From Gekko japonicus (taxonomy: Eukaryota): DNA of 64,000 bases. Below the pieces are notes generated by a model. The model saw only the letters and a list, made by a program, of their open reading frames with translations, searched no databases and was not told where the DNA came from. Shown here piece by piece: positions 46,405 to 61,191 of the stretch (its first letter is position 1; each line of letters starts with the position of its first letter). Made by a program: the position numbers and the translations under genes. The stretch lies in NCBI RefSeq assembly GCF_001447785.1, contig NW_015165882.1, forward strand, positions 31,705 through 95,704, written 5' to 3'.

Positions 46405-47199
46405 GTTTTAGACTCACAGAGGCCAGATGTGACTGTCCCCAATTTACAAGGGAAAATGCACTCCTTACTCACTGCTTTTACCTCCGTGGGCACAAGTGGA
46501 AAAGAGGCCCACTGGAACCTACTCTGGTGTGTACGAGAAATGTGCACTTTGCAGAAGCCCTGTAAAGCTGGCGGTTGCTATTATGCTGTCTCTGAGGGGG
46601 AATACGCTTTGTACATGCCCAAAGACCCTGAGGGACAGACTTTGGACAAGGCACTGTGCTGCCTTGAGGGTAAACATGCCTCAAAGCACGAACTCTGTGC
46701 ATGCCTCAAAGCACGAAAAACCAGACGTCCTCTCCTAGCTCTTGGTTTCCAAGCACATTCAGGCATAAAGTTGCCAACTCTGGGTTGGGAAATTCCTGGA
46801 GATTTTGGGGCCAGAACACAGGAAGGGCAGGGTTTGGGTCAGAATGGGAGCACAGCAGGGTCTAATGCCATAGGGGCCACCCTCCAAAGCAGCCATTTTC
46901 TCCAAGGGAACTGATCTCTGTTATCTGGAGATCAGCCGCAAAATAGTAAAAAGCATCGTCAGATGCAAGCTTATGCTACAATAAAGTTTCTTAGTCTTAA
47001 AAGGTGCTACTGGGCTTTTTACACAAACATGGCTGAACTCCTCTGGAGATTCCGGGAGATCTCCAGTCCCGGGCTGGAGGCTGGCAACCCAGCTCAGGCA
47101 AGCCCACCCATTCCCTGAGGATGCCTAAGGGAGAAATGCACTTAGCACATTCCCATTCTAGAAAAACTTCCCCGGCGCATTCCTCCCTCCCCCCACCCT

Positions 47200-47486
47200 C
47201 GGGTTCCAACTAACCTACGAGGGCGTGGCCTGGAGAGAGAACGCGGAAGGCGCCGCGTTGCCAAGGAAACCCGTCTCCGTCCAACCCCGGCGCGCCAGGC
47301 TCACGCACGAGGTCACGTCGTGCGTGACCCCGCCGCCAACCCGGAAGCGAGCGCGGCTCCGCTGTGTCTATGGCCGGGGAGAGACTTCTCGGTCGGCGGC
47401 TCCGGCACTGAGGGAAGAGCGCCCTCCCCCCTGTGGCCCGCGTCTGCCCGAGCCCGGCTTGTGCCCCTCCGCCTCCCTTGAGCGCC
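47200..47486. promoter_or_regulatory. CpG island; KXD1 promoter and probably also the FKBP8 promoter
   Basis: CpG-dense. RFX-like GTTGCCAAGGAAAC at 47257-47270, ETS CCGGAAG at 47341, minus-strand donor TAG|GTTAGT at 47215/47214. Partly cut by the gap at 47487-47566. Confidence 0.65.
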
Positions 47487-48660
47487 NNNNNNNNNNNNNN
47501 NNNNNNNNNNNNNNNNNNNNNNNNNNNNNNNNNNNNNNNNNNNNNNNNNNNNNNNNNNNNNNNNNNAGGGTGTGGCTTGTGGGGGAGGGGCCTGTAGGGG
47601 GGTGGGGCCAGGATGGTAACCTGACAGGAGGGGGAGGTGCAGGTGTCAACCCGAGTGGGTGGTCCTTACCTGGGAGGGGGTGGGGGGATAGCTGCAACTT
47701 TTCCTTCTCCCGTGGCCCACTGAGGTTAGGGTCTCCCATTCCCCCTGCTTAGGGGAATTCTGGAATTACAGGCGATCTACAGACTACAGAGATCAGTTCT
47801 CCTGGAGGAAATGACAGCTTAATAGGACAGACTGTATAACATTATGGCCAGCTGAAGTGGTCCCTCCCCAAATCCCTCCCTCCAGCTTCCACACCTAAAC
47901 CTCCAGGAATTTCCCCACCCTGGAGTTGGCAACCCTAGCTGTGGCTGTTATTGTGTATTGTGCCATCTACTGTTTTGTTGCTTTTGTTGTTTTGTGGATC
48001 TTATGTTTATTGTTTTGTGAATGTTATGTTGTGAGCTGCCCTTAGCACACTTGTGGGATAGAGCAAGGTATAAATTAAACAAATAATAATCTTGGTTTAT
48101 TTTCGAGTCTGGTTGGCAGAGATGCTGTTGGGTTGCGTCCTCTTTCTTGCTCTCTGCCGCGGCTGGGCTCACTTCCACAAAGCAGTGGGAGAGGTCTGTT
48201 ATCTGGATGCAGCACCTGCTTTTCTCTTGCATAACTGCAATTATGTTCACTAGCGTAGGAAGCCACCTTTGTTCCCTCACCTACTCAGTTTTTTGAATTA
48301 GATCTTTATCCTACCCTTTGTTCAAGAAATAAAGGATGGTGTCCATGCCCCCCCTCCCCCACTATTATTCTCACATCAACCTTGGGAGGTAGGTTAGTCA
48401 AAGACAGAAAGAGAAAGGGAGGGATTGGTTCAGTATTTAATTGTTTCATGTATTGAGTATTTTATGTAAGCCGCCCTGAGCCGGCTATGGCTGGTGGGGG
48501 CAGGATATAAGTCCAATTAAATAAATAAATAAATAAAAAGTATCATGTAGCGAACTTCATGTTGGTATGGGGATTTGAACCTGGTCCTCTTCTGTTCCAC
48601 TAATCTCTACATCTCACTGTCTCTCAGCCTTCTTTCTCTGTTTTCCTCCTTCACAGTAGG

Positions 48661-51600
48661 ATGGAGCCCTCTGCCTCTGGTGTTTTCTGCAGCCGGGTGC
48701 TCAGCATGGTGAACTCGGAAGACGTGAATGCCATCATCCTGGCTCAGAAGAATATGTGAGTGGCCTGCTTTCTTTTCTCTTTTTTAAAGTTCTGTGTTTC
48801 TTCGCCCTGGCTTTATTTTTATTTCCTTTCTTTTCCCTCAGATGTCAGTGTACTGAGTATTGATGCCTTTCAAAAATGAGCCTGGCTCCCAGAGATTTAA
48901 AATGTTTCGCTGGCACCAGGGGTGTCGGGTGGGGAAACGGGGGACAGGAGAGAAACTGGAGGAGCAGCATGATTTCCTCTCCTGCTGACGTCCTCTTGTG
49001 CAATAGTCTGCTCAAGTATTGCTCGAGCAGGGTGGGAGAAACAAAGACATGGTATGGCACAGTGCTAGCTTTTGGAGCCCAAGGATTGTCATGGACAGTC
49101 TCTTTCCAGGTGAGAGAGAAGCTTGAGGAACTCCAGGCCACTGGAAGAACCCTCTTTCGAAACCATCTCTGGTGACTGGCTTTCTTTTGAATTCTGAAAA
49201 GACTGAATTCTCTGCATGGAGTTTGGCCGGGGGAGGGTTACCCACAAGGGAGTAGTCTATCCCTTCTTAGACCAGGAAGCTGACTTGAGATCCTTGAAAA
49301 GGAAGGAAGGGCGGAACTTTCCTGTAGCCCTACTTGTGTAACGCTGCTTGTATCCCCAAAGATGGGTCCTTGACCTCAGGTAGCAAGAACAGAGGAGGTC
49401 TGACACAAAAGTTTCTGAGCCAGCACAATTAAACCGGTTTGCCTTCCTGTCCAGGCTTGACCGATTTGAGAAGACCAATGAGATGCTGCTGAACTTCAAC
49501 AACCTGTCCTGCATGCGAATGCAGCAGATGAACGAGCGTTTCCTCCATCACACCCGGACACTGGTGGAGATGAAGAAAGACCTGGACAGCATTTTCCGGA
49601 GAATCAGGTGGGCGGGCCAGCAGCCCCATGACCTCAGGGCCCTCTGCCTGGCCTGGAACTTAGACTTCACCAAGTCTTGGTAGTGCAGCTTTGATTCTTG
49701 GGCAGCAGATTCTGGCCCAGTGTGTGGAACTGTGGGCCGCTTTGAATGAAGTGTGGAAATGAGGGACTCCTATATTTTTATGTAGCATTGTCTTCCCATT
49801 ACTTTCATCCTGTTTACGGTTTACCTTCTGTCTCTTGCAGGACACTGAAAGGGAAGCTAGCAAAACAGTATCCAGAGGCCTTTAGCAGTAAGTCTGAGCA
49901 TGTTGTATGTTGGGAGGGACTGTGGCTCAGTGGAAGAGCCTCTACATTGCATGCAGAGGTTCTCAGGTTCGATCCTCGCCATCTCTAGTTGAAAGAACCG
50001 GGTAGGAGGTGATGTGAGAGACCCTGGACAGCCGCTGCCAATCAGAGTAGACAATACTGACCTTCATGGACCAATAGTCTGATTTGGTATAAGGCAGCCT
50101 CACACATGTCCACGCGTGTTGTCTCCAATTCTATTCCCAAACAGGGCACAACAATCTTAATCCTCAACACCAAATGTTGCATTATGCTTAGCAGTGGCAT
50201 ATCGGGGGCCTGGGGGACTGTGGAGCAGAAGTATAACCGTTTGGAAATCCCATCCCCAAACCTTCCTTTTTCTCAGTTGAAGCACCCCCAATGTTCCCTC
50301 TAAGCAATGGAGTCTTGTGAGCAAAAATTCTACTTTGTGAGCTACTGGCATTAAAGTTGTGAGCGAGCGATTCGGCGACTGTGTAAATTAGTTTGCTCTG
50401 GAGCCCTCCTTCCTGAGCTAAGAGAAAAATCTGTGAGCCGGAGGCTAAAAAACTGTGAGCCAGCTCACACTAACTCAGCTTAGAGGGAACACTGCCCCAA
50501 CCCCTTTACCTTGAATCCATTTTTCTTTTAAGGAACTTTCAGCTGCTTTCCCCAGCCGGTTGAAGTACGCTCAGGCCTCATCGACACTATTGGGGGTGGG
50601 GTTCGAAGTCCCATTTTCCCGCACGCGTAGGGAGTTCCTTGAGTAGGTCCCAGTCCAGGAACACCGTAGAGGCCAACAAGATGTTTTGCAGCATGCACTG
50701 TGTCAGGGAGTGTAGACTCTGAAAAGCTTGTGCCCAAAACAACCTTGTTGCTCTTTAAGGTCTTCCTGGGCTGGAATCTAGCTGTTCCATTGCAAACCAA
50801 CGTGGCTACTCCCTTGACTAGAGTTACCAAGTATCTACGGTGAATCGGCGGGGGACACATGACACATGTAACACACCCACGCCGCACCATGCCCTCGCCA
50901 GGAAGTGATGCCGGGCGACGCTCTGACAATGGGTCTGGAAACTCGATGGTACCATCGAGTTTCCAGCCCCATTGCCAGAGCGTCACCCAGCATCACTTCC
51001 TGGCGACGGCATGGTGCGGCACGTCTGTTTTCCATGCGGGAATGGTCCTGAGAAGAAGTATGTGTCCCCCGCCGATTCTCGGTAAGGACTTGGTAAGCCT
51101 ACCTTTGAATAGGTGCAAACCCTCCATGTGGGTGTCTTGCTTTGCTCTGGTTGGGACTTGGAATGGGTCCCAAGTGCTTAACTATTAGGCACAGCGATAA
51201 TCCAAGATACACTGCACCTGTGCTTTGGAGTATTAAGAGCTCAACACTGCACCTGTGCTTTGGAGTATTAAGAGCTCAACACTGCACCTGTGCTTTGGAG
51301 TATTAAGAGCTCAACACATGTTGTAACCAGGGAGGCTTTACGAGCCTCTTGCTGTGTCTGTTCATGCTCTGGAGCCGCCTTCTCAAGGGGAAAAGGGACA
51401 CTCTGCCCTTTTCCTGTTGACTCCAGCCAGGGAGCGTAGCTCATCTGTGGTTTCTGTTTCTGGGTCATGCTCGAGAGTGATGGAATGGATGATAATGTTG
51501 GTATGTTGCTTTTCATGTGCAACATGAACATTTGTCCCCACTGCAAACATTATCTCAGCCATCTGTGACACGGAAGGCCAGTGTTTGGGCAGGCTTTGGA

Positions 51601-51958
51601 CAAGGCACCTCGCCCAAGACCTCCCGAGTGATTCCTCGCTTCTTCTCCCGTCGTTCAGTAAGCAAGTGCTTGCAAGAAGCGGGAACCAGTCCAGGGTGTC
51701 CGATCGCCTCTCCCCTTCTCTTTCGTAGATATCCACGAATCTCCCATCCTGGAGGATGACGACTTCGACCCCATCCCCAAGAGCACCGCCACGACCATCG
51801 CTACCTCAGAGCAGAGCACTGAATCCTGCGACACCAGCCCAGATATCATCTCCCCCACCACGAGCCATGACTTCGAAGACCTCTCCCAGGGCCCCTACGA
51901 CTCGCCGGCAGTGAACGGACAGAGCGTCACAGATGACGATGGCAACGAGACGGACTAG
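48661..51958 (+). CDS. KXD1: KxDL motif-containing protein 1 (BORC subunit), 174 aa
   Basis: Exons 48661-48755, 49455-49607, 49841-49887 and 51729-51958 join in frame (525 nt): [18 protein letters not shown]...[15 protein letters not shown]...[27 protein letters not shown]. All introns GT-AG. Confidence 0.95.
51209..51317. repeat. 35-bp tandem repeat, 3 copies
   Basis: Unit acactgcacctgtgctttggagtattaagagctca. Confidence 0.95.
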
Positions 51959-53175
51959 ACTGCCGGGCAAAGCCTCAGCGCTATGGGCTTTTCCTTCCTC
52001 CACCGTCAGGACCACACACCGGAGGCCCATCCCTTTCACCTCTGTATCTCTGTGTCGTCTTGCCCAATTATTTCCATGTCCTAGGAGAGAGGAGTCAGCG
52101 TGGGCACAGGGGCTTGTGCATGAACTGTCACTTCCCTGACGGCGCCAATCCCTCACTTGCCAAATGCGGAGCGAGTTTGTACATTAACGGGATCCAAATT
52201 GCGGGGGAACCAGCCAGCTGCGTTGCTCACTTGCTTGCACAAAGGTGCGCCTGCCGGGTTTGGGCCACCGGTAACGGCTGTATTCTCGTTACGGGGATTC
52301 ATTGAGGCGACAAATTATGCAGCCTGCCCTCTCCCATTTGCTGTAGCCTGGTCTGTAAATTATCTCTTGGGCAGACTGTACAAAGCCAGGTTCTCAAAGC
52401 TGCAGCCTCTAGCTGGAGAGCAGAAGTACATCCGAGGAGACAGGAAGGAGAGCAGGTGAGAATGGGCGACTCCGTCTTTCTCCAGTCACACATATGTCCC
52501 CCTAGTGCAGCCTCTGTGTTAGCTTCAGTCTGTCCCTGGAGCCCAGTCCATCAGCAGTCGTTGCCTGGACCCCCTTTGCTACAAGCCGTGATCACACACG
52601 GCTCCTGTCCAGATACGGGGTTTGCGCAGGTGACATTTCAGGTAGATTGCCGCAGTGGTTCTTTCCAAAGACCTCTGTTGCTTTAGCTGAGGTGTGGTCC
52701 CCAGTTCCCTACAAGCCTGCTTAACCCAACAGGGTGCAAGGGCTCTGTCGTTATCTACCACGGCTTCCTCTGACTCAGTGTAAAAGGTATACGTCCACTC
52801 CTGGCCTCCAGCGATGCACGTTAATAGCTAAAAAATGGAGGCCCCTGTGCATCAAAGCGTTCACCTTGCAGGAAGTACATTTAGCCGTCTGATTGCTTTC
52901 TGTCCTCGTTAAGCCCTGTTTTGACAGCCCCCGCCTTCTGTTTACAGCACCACAAAGGGTGTCCACGTCCTTTGCCTGGTTTTTAGTCTCCCTTCCCCAC
53001 TGTGGCACCACTGTCTGTATTAAGAGTTCCTTTGCCAGAGTTCAGCACAGGAACAATAACGTTTTGTGCGCAGAGAGGGGGGAGGCGTTGACACCCCCTC
53101 CCCCCGGTGTAATCTCACAAGATGCAAAAACATAAAGAAGAAATATTTTTGTACCGCTAAAAGTTTACAGAGACT

Positions 53176-53199
53176 AATAAAGAGGCGATAACCAATAAA
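53176..53199 (+). terminator. KXD1 polyadenylation signals
   Basis: Two AATAAA at 53176-53181 and 53194-53199, at the end of a repeat-free 3' UTR. Confidence 0.65.
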
Positions 53200-54896
53200 A
53201 GAGTTGCGTTCATCAGAAAGTTGTCTCATCGATTAGAGTCAAGGAGGAGAAGAAGAGATTGGATTTATACCCCGCCCTTCACTTGGAGTCTCAGAGCGAC
53301 TTACAAACTCCTTTCCCTTCCCCTCCCCACAACAGACACCCTGTGAGGTGGGTGGGGCTGGGAGAACTCTGACACAAACTGCTCTTTTTCAAGGACAGCT
53401 GTGCCAGAGCTTGTGACTGACCCAAGGTCACATCAGCAGGTGCAAGTGGAGGAGTGGGGAATCAAACCTGGTTCTCCCAGATTAGAGTCCACACACTTAA
53501 CCACTACACCAAACGGGTCAGTCTGTGCCGATCTATTGAGTTAGTGTTCCCTCTAAGCCGAGTTAGGGTGAGCTAGCTCACAGGTTTTTAGTCTCCAGCT
53601 CACACATTTTTGTCTTAGCTGAGGAAGGATGGCTCCAGGGCAAACTAATTGATGCAGCAGCCAAATTGCTTGCTCACAGCTTTAATGCCAGTAGCTCAAA
53701 AAGTAGCATTTCTGCTCACAAGACTCCACAGCTTAGAGGGAGCATTGGTTAGGACGTGCCCTGCTAGCTGATAAAGGCGGATGCAGCTTGGCTTCCCAAG
53801 AGGCAAGAATTGCATCAGCCTGTTGTCAGAGGAGGAGGCTGTAATTGTGTAAGAAAAATATGTATTTCAGAGGCAGGTGTTGTGGGGGAGGGGGAACCTT
53901 GGCTCTATACAGGGCCAAACAATTCTCCTTTCTTGGGGAAAGCAGCAGAGGTTTCTGCAGGGGATAGGCTAGTCACTGTATGCACAGAGGCACTGTGTCC
54001 TAAGAGCTCTGGAAATTAGAGGGAATGTTTGTTCCATGGGGGGGGGGATGAAGTGTCCTGGGCATGTGCTCACAGCGTTCTGCTCGGTGCTTTTGAAAGC
54101 AAGCCAGTCTTCACCCTTTATGGGTGCAAGTCAATAAAGTGCAGCACCCTTGTGGCTTGATAAGCAGTTGCAAAATTGCTTTAAAAAAAAGGAAACATTC
54201 AAGGTAACAAAGAGTTCTCATAAACCCAACTGCTTTGCAGTTTCAGGTGAACCTGAATCACAGTGGCTATGAACATAGCGACCGACGTTTGCACAACAGG
54301 CTCTTCAGAACAATGGCAAACCCTAGCAAACAGTGCCCAGTAACACAAGAAAAGGGGGGAAATGTTCATTTAGAGAAATGGCAGGGCTGCACCCTTCCCC
54401 ATGTGCTCTTCAGTAGTCGCTACGACTGCTCTGGATTTCTCAGGCTTGGTCCTGCAAAGAAATTAGCAGTTTCTTCCCTCAAGCTCCTGCTGGTGAAAAG
54501 CTTTAGAAGAAGGGGAGATTGGATTTATACCCCGCCCGTCACTCAAGAGTCTCAGAGCAGTTTACAAACTCCTTTCCCTCCCCACAACAGACACCCTGTG
54601 AGGTAGGTGGGGCTGAGAGAGCTCTGAGAACTGCTCCTGAGAGAACTTGTGGCTGGCCCAAGGTCACACCAGCAGCTGCACACACAGGAGTGGGGAAATC
54701 AAACCCGGTTCTCTCAGATTAGAGTCCACGCTCTTAACCACTACACCAGACTTTAAACCACATCTTTAATCAAAACAACTAACAGATTGACAAACCCTTT
54801 ATAAAACTATCTGAAGAAGTGAGCGGTGACTCTCAAAAGCTTCTACCCTGCCACAAATTTGGTTAGTCTTTCAGGTGCTCCTGGACTCTTGCTCTT

Positions 54897-55390
54897 TTTC
54901 TTTTTTTTTTAAATCCCCATAGGGATATTTTTTATTTTGCAAATACTACAAACTACAAAGAAATATAGGGGAGGGACTACAACTAAGGAGAAAGAAAAGC
55001 AAACCACACAACTAAAACCCCAAGAGGAGGAGATCTTTTCACTGTTAGTAAATATATTAGTATAATTAGTTTTATTATCACAATATACTTGTTGAGTTCT
55101 TGCTTACAACAGTTCGCTTCTTATATGTTACTTTGTTGTTATGAGAGAAGTCTCTGATCATCTTCTTATTCTTCGTTTCAAAAGGCCATTTTCCAAGTCC
55201 ATTTGCCTTTACTTTGGCTTTCTGTCTCTAAAATCGTATACCACTCTGGCAGGTTCCGCACCCTTTTCTGCCGCAGAATCCTCTTCCGTTCCCGAGGTAG
55301 CAGAGTCACTCGACTTCGATTCTCCCTCTTTGGACTCATCATCTGTCCCCAACTGGCGTTTCAAAAACTCTTTAGCTTTAAAAGTGGAGA
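54897..55390 (-). mobile_element. 5'-truncated L1-like 3' end inserted in a Penelope-derived repeat
   Basis: Poly(T) on the + strand, AT-rich UTR and duplicated flank cttgctctttt. Confidence 0.45.
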
Positions 55391-55879
55391 GACTTGCTCT
55401 TTTCTACTGCTACCGAGGTATCTGAAGTGAGCAGTGACTCACGAAAGCTCCTCCCCTGCCGCAAATTTTTGTTAGTCTTTAAGGTGCCACTGGACTCTTG
55501 CTCTTTTCTACTGCTGCAGACGGACTCCCGTGGCTACCCATCTTGATCTAGCTCCTAAAAGGGAATTCTAATCTGCAATTTTGCCCTGGTTGGGCCCACC
55601 ATGTATTTGTATGGAAATAAGCAGTTCCCTCAGCCAAGCTCTGGGTCTTCTCTTCTGCTGCAGGCCAGACAGACCGAGGGAGTGCAGCTCTTGCAGTTGG
55701 CGATATGTGAGGAACTGTGACCTCCTGCTCCCTAAATTTTAAACCTTTTATGACAAGGGTTACACAGACAAACTGTATTTTAGTGATTTTCTTACAAAAG
55801 GTCTTCAGACATAAATCCCGAGCAAGAAATATTATTTATTATTACAGTTTACAAGTCTTTACACCCATCTTCACGGAAA

Positions 55880-56700
55880 GCCGCGCAACCGCGTCGAAAT
55901 CTACTAGCAAAAGAACGATCACCTGTATTGTGACATGCGCGCCTGCGCAGTAAGGAGTAAGCGAGCCCCTGCCCGTGCTTTTGGAGGGGGCGTGGCTATT
56001 TGTGACGCAGCTTCGGCGTCGAGGAGGAGCGTCGCTCCTCCCCTCTCTGCTTTAAAGAGATAAAGCCTGTGTATTTACACTTCCGGTTCTCCTTCGAACA
56101 CGGCAACGAAGAGGGGCGTTCGCAGGCGGCTGCAGTCGCTCACCGCTCCCTTGTTGTTGTTCAGTCGCACAGTCGAGTCCGATTCTTCGCGACCCCATCG
56201 ACCAGATCACGCCAGGCCTTCCTGTCTTCCGCCGTCCTCTCACCGCTCCCTTACCTCTCCTTCAATTGGAAACGGGAAGTGTCTCTCTACAGTGTAACCG
56301 AATGCCTTTTCCTCTTTGGCTCCCCCCTCCCCGCCCCAGCCAGACTCGAGGGTGGTGACTCGGGAAGGGGAGAGAGGTTTCTGCGTGATTACGACACATC
56401 TCTGCGTGCGGCTTGATTGGTTAGACAGCCGGGAAAGGCGATGCCGTCGCCTAGGCGACGCCTGTGACGAGACGGGCGGGGAATATAGACCAAAGTTAGT
56501 GTAAGGAAGCGGAAGAAGGGTGCATTTCCGCTTCCGCCGCGGGGAGCTCGCTCTTTTTCTGTTCGGCCGAGGGAGGCTGGAGGAGCGCGTGGCGGGTGGG
56601 TGGCGAGAGGGGGCCTCGGCTCGGACGCCTGGGTCCTCCCCCGGGGCTGGGATGGGGGAGAAGAAGGAGAAAAGGGGGAGCGGGGGGCTTCGTGGGTATT
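55880..56700 (+). promoter_or_regulatory. UBA52: UBA52 CpG-island promoter with TCT/TOP initiator and non-coding exon 1
   Basis: CTCTTTTTCT at 56551 is typical of ribosomal-protein gene starts. ETS sites GCGGAAG and CTTCCG lie just upstream. Candidate donor CGG|GTGGGT at 56595/56596. Confidence 0.7.
56153..56238 (-). mobile_element. RTE/BovB-type 3' tail fragment
   Basis: (TTG)n-ttcagtcgcacagtcgagtccgattcttcgcgaccccat; 14-bp TSD ctcaccgctccctt. Confidence 0.75.
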
Positions 56701-56948
56701 TGTATCGATTTATCTGTGTTTCCGTCTCCGCTTCGTAGGTCTTGGTCAGCCAACTAATGTGTGCCTTCCTCCCCAGTCCGTGACTTCTCTCTCTCTCTGC
56801 TTTATTTTGTATTTGGGGATTTTTATTTGTTCCTTTTGTTCGGCTCCTGCCCAAGAACGCCCGTCTTGTGTTTAGGGTGACCTGGATCTCAGCGGGAGGA
56901 GGGAGCCACAAGACGGGTCGGATGGGGTTGCCAGCTCTGGGTTGGGAG

Positions 56949-57371
56949 CAGTGTTCCCTCTAAGCTGTGGAGTCCTGTGAGCAAAAATTCCACTTTGTGA
57001 ACTACTGGCATTAAAGTTGTGAGCAAACAATTTGGCTACTGCATCAATTAGTTTGTTCTGGAGCCCTCCTTCCTGAGCTAAGACAAAAATGTCTGAGCTG
57101 GAGGCTAAAAAACTGTGAGCTAGCTCACACTAACTCAGCTTAGAAGGAACACCGGTTGGGAGCAGTGCTCCCTCTAAGCTGTGGAGTCCTGTGAGCAAAA
57201 ATTCTGCCTTGTGAGTTCCTGGCATTTAAAGTGGTGAGCAAGCGATTTGGCTGCAGCATAGATTAGTTTGCTCTGGAGCCCCATCCTTCCTGAGTGAAGA
57301 CAAAAATGTGTGAGCTGGAGGTTAAAAAACTGTGAGCTGGCTCACACTAACTCAGCTTAGAGGGAACACTG
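56949..57371. mobile_element. Two tandem MITE A copies
   Basis: 56949-57154 and 57163-57371, with gttgggag on both sides and between them. Confidence 0.85.
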
Positions 57372-58520
57372 GTTGGGAGATACCTGGGAATTGGGGGAGG
57401 TGGAGACTGAGGGGGCGGGGATTGCAGAGGGGAGGGACTTCAGTGGGTTATAATGCCATATAAAGCCACCTTCGGAAGTATCCATTTTCTCCAGGTGAAC
57501 TGACCTCCGTCGCTTGGAGATCAGTTGTGTTCGCAAGAGATCTCCAGCTGCCACCTTAAGGTTGGCAACCGTGGGGTGGAAAAGGGAGACTAGGCGTGCT
57601 TGAGTTTGACAGGGTTGCGTCTGCTGCTAGCTGCCATTTTCTGTTAAAACATATCCTGCATTTCTTTGTGATTCAAGATAGCTTACAGTAATAGAAGGGG
57701 GCAGGAAACCATTGCCATTGGCAGCAGACGATAGGACTTGCAATAATGGGTTTAAATTACAGGTGGAAAGATATTGGCTGGATATTAGGAAAAAGTTCAG
57801 CAGTGGAATCAGCTGTCTAGGGAGGTGGTGAGCTCCCCCTCATTGACAGTCTTCAAGCAGCGGCTGGATGAACACTTGTCGGCACTGTTCCCTCTAAGCT
57901 GCGCACGTGAGCGGCCACTCATTAACACAGGAAGCCCCACTCAGCAACAGTCTGGAGCCGCACAGGGTCTTGCACTGCCCATTGATCATTTTAAGATTAT
58001 AGTAGTTACATTCTGCTCGGGGGAAGAATTAGAGGGAACGTTGCTTGTCAGGGCTGCCTTAGGCTGATCTTGCACTGAGCAGGGGGTTGGACTGAAGGCC
58101 TGTGTGGCCCTTTTTAACTCTAATGATTCTATTCTATGAATAGTTAAAACGTTTCCGGTTAAACGAAAAATCGTAAACTGCAAATCTCTCCCCACTGAGT
58201 GAATATCTCATTATGTAAAATTTGGAAGTCGTGCTGACAATAGATACTGATTCGCACCCGGTGCTCAAAATGTTCTGTGTGATTAACTTGATTATTTCTT
58301 CCCTTGTGTTTGTTTATCTGGTAGCAACACATGGTGGCTAATAACCACAGGCTGATGTCTTGCGGGTCACTGTTAGCTCAGCCTCTAGGTCCCCAGTTCT
58401 GCAATCTGGGGAAGAAAACTTTGCCTACCGGCGGAGCAGAGACCTAAAGTCAGCTGTTTTCGCTCTGAATCCAACACTTTGTTATTTTGACTGTGTCTTC
58501 TTCCCCCCTCCCCCAGGTGA

Positions 58521-61191
<2,671 letters not shown>

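Noticed and set aside
46108-46914. 268-aa ORF
   Set aside because: Starts in a SINE tail, crosses a 117-bp duplication and ends in another repeat; no coding signature.
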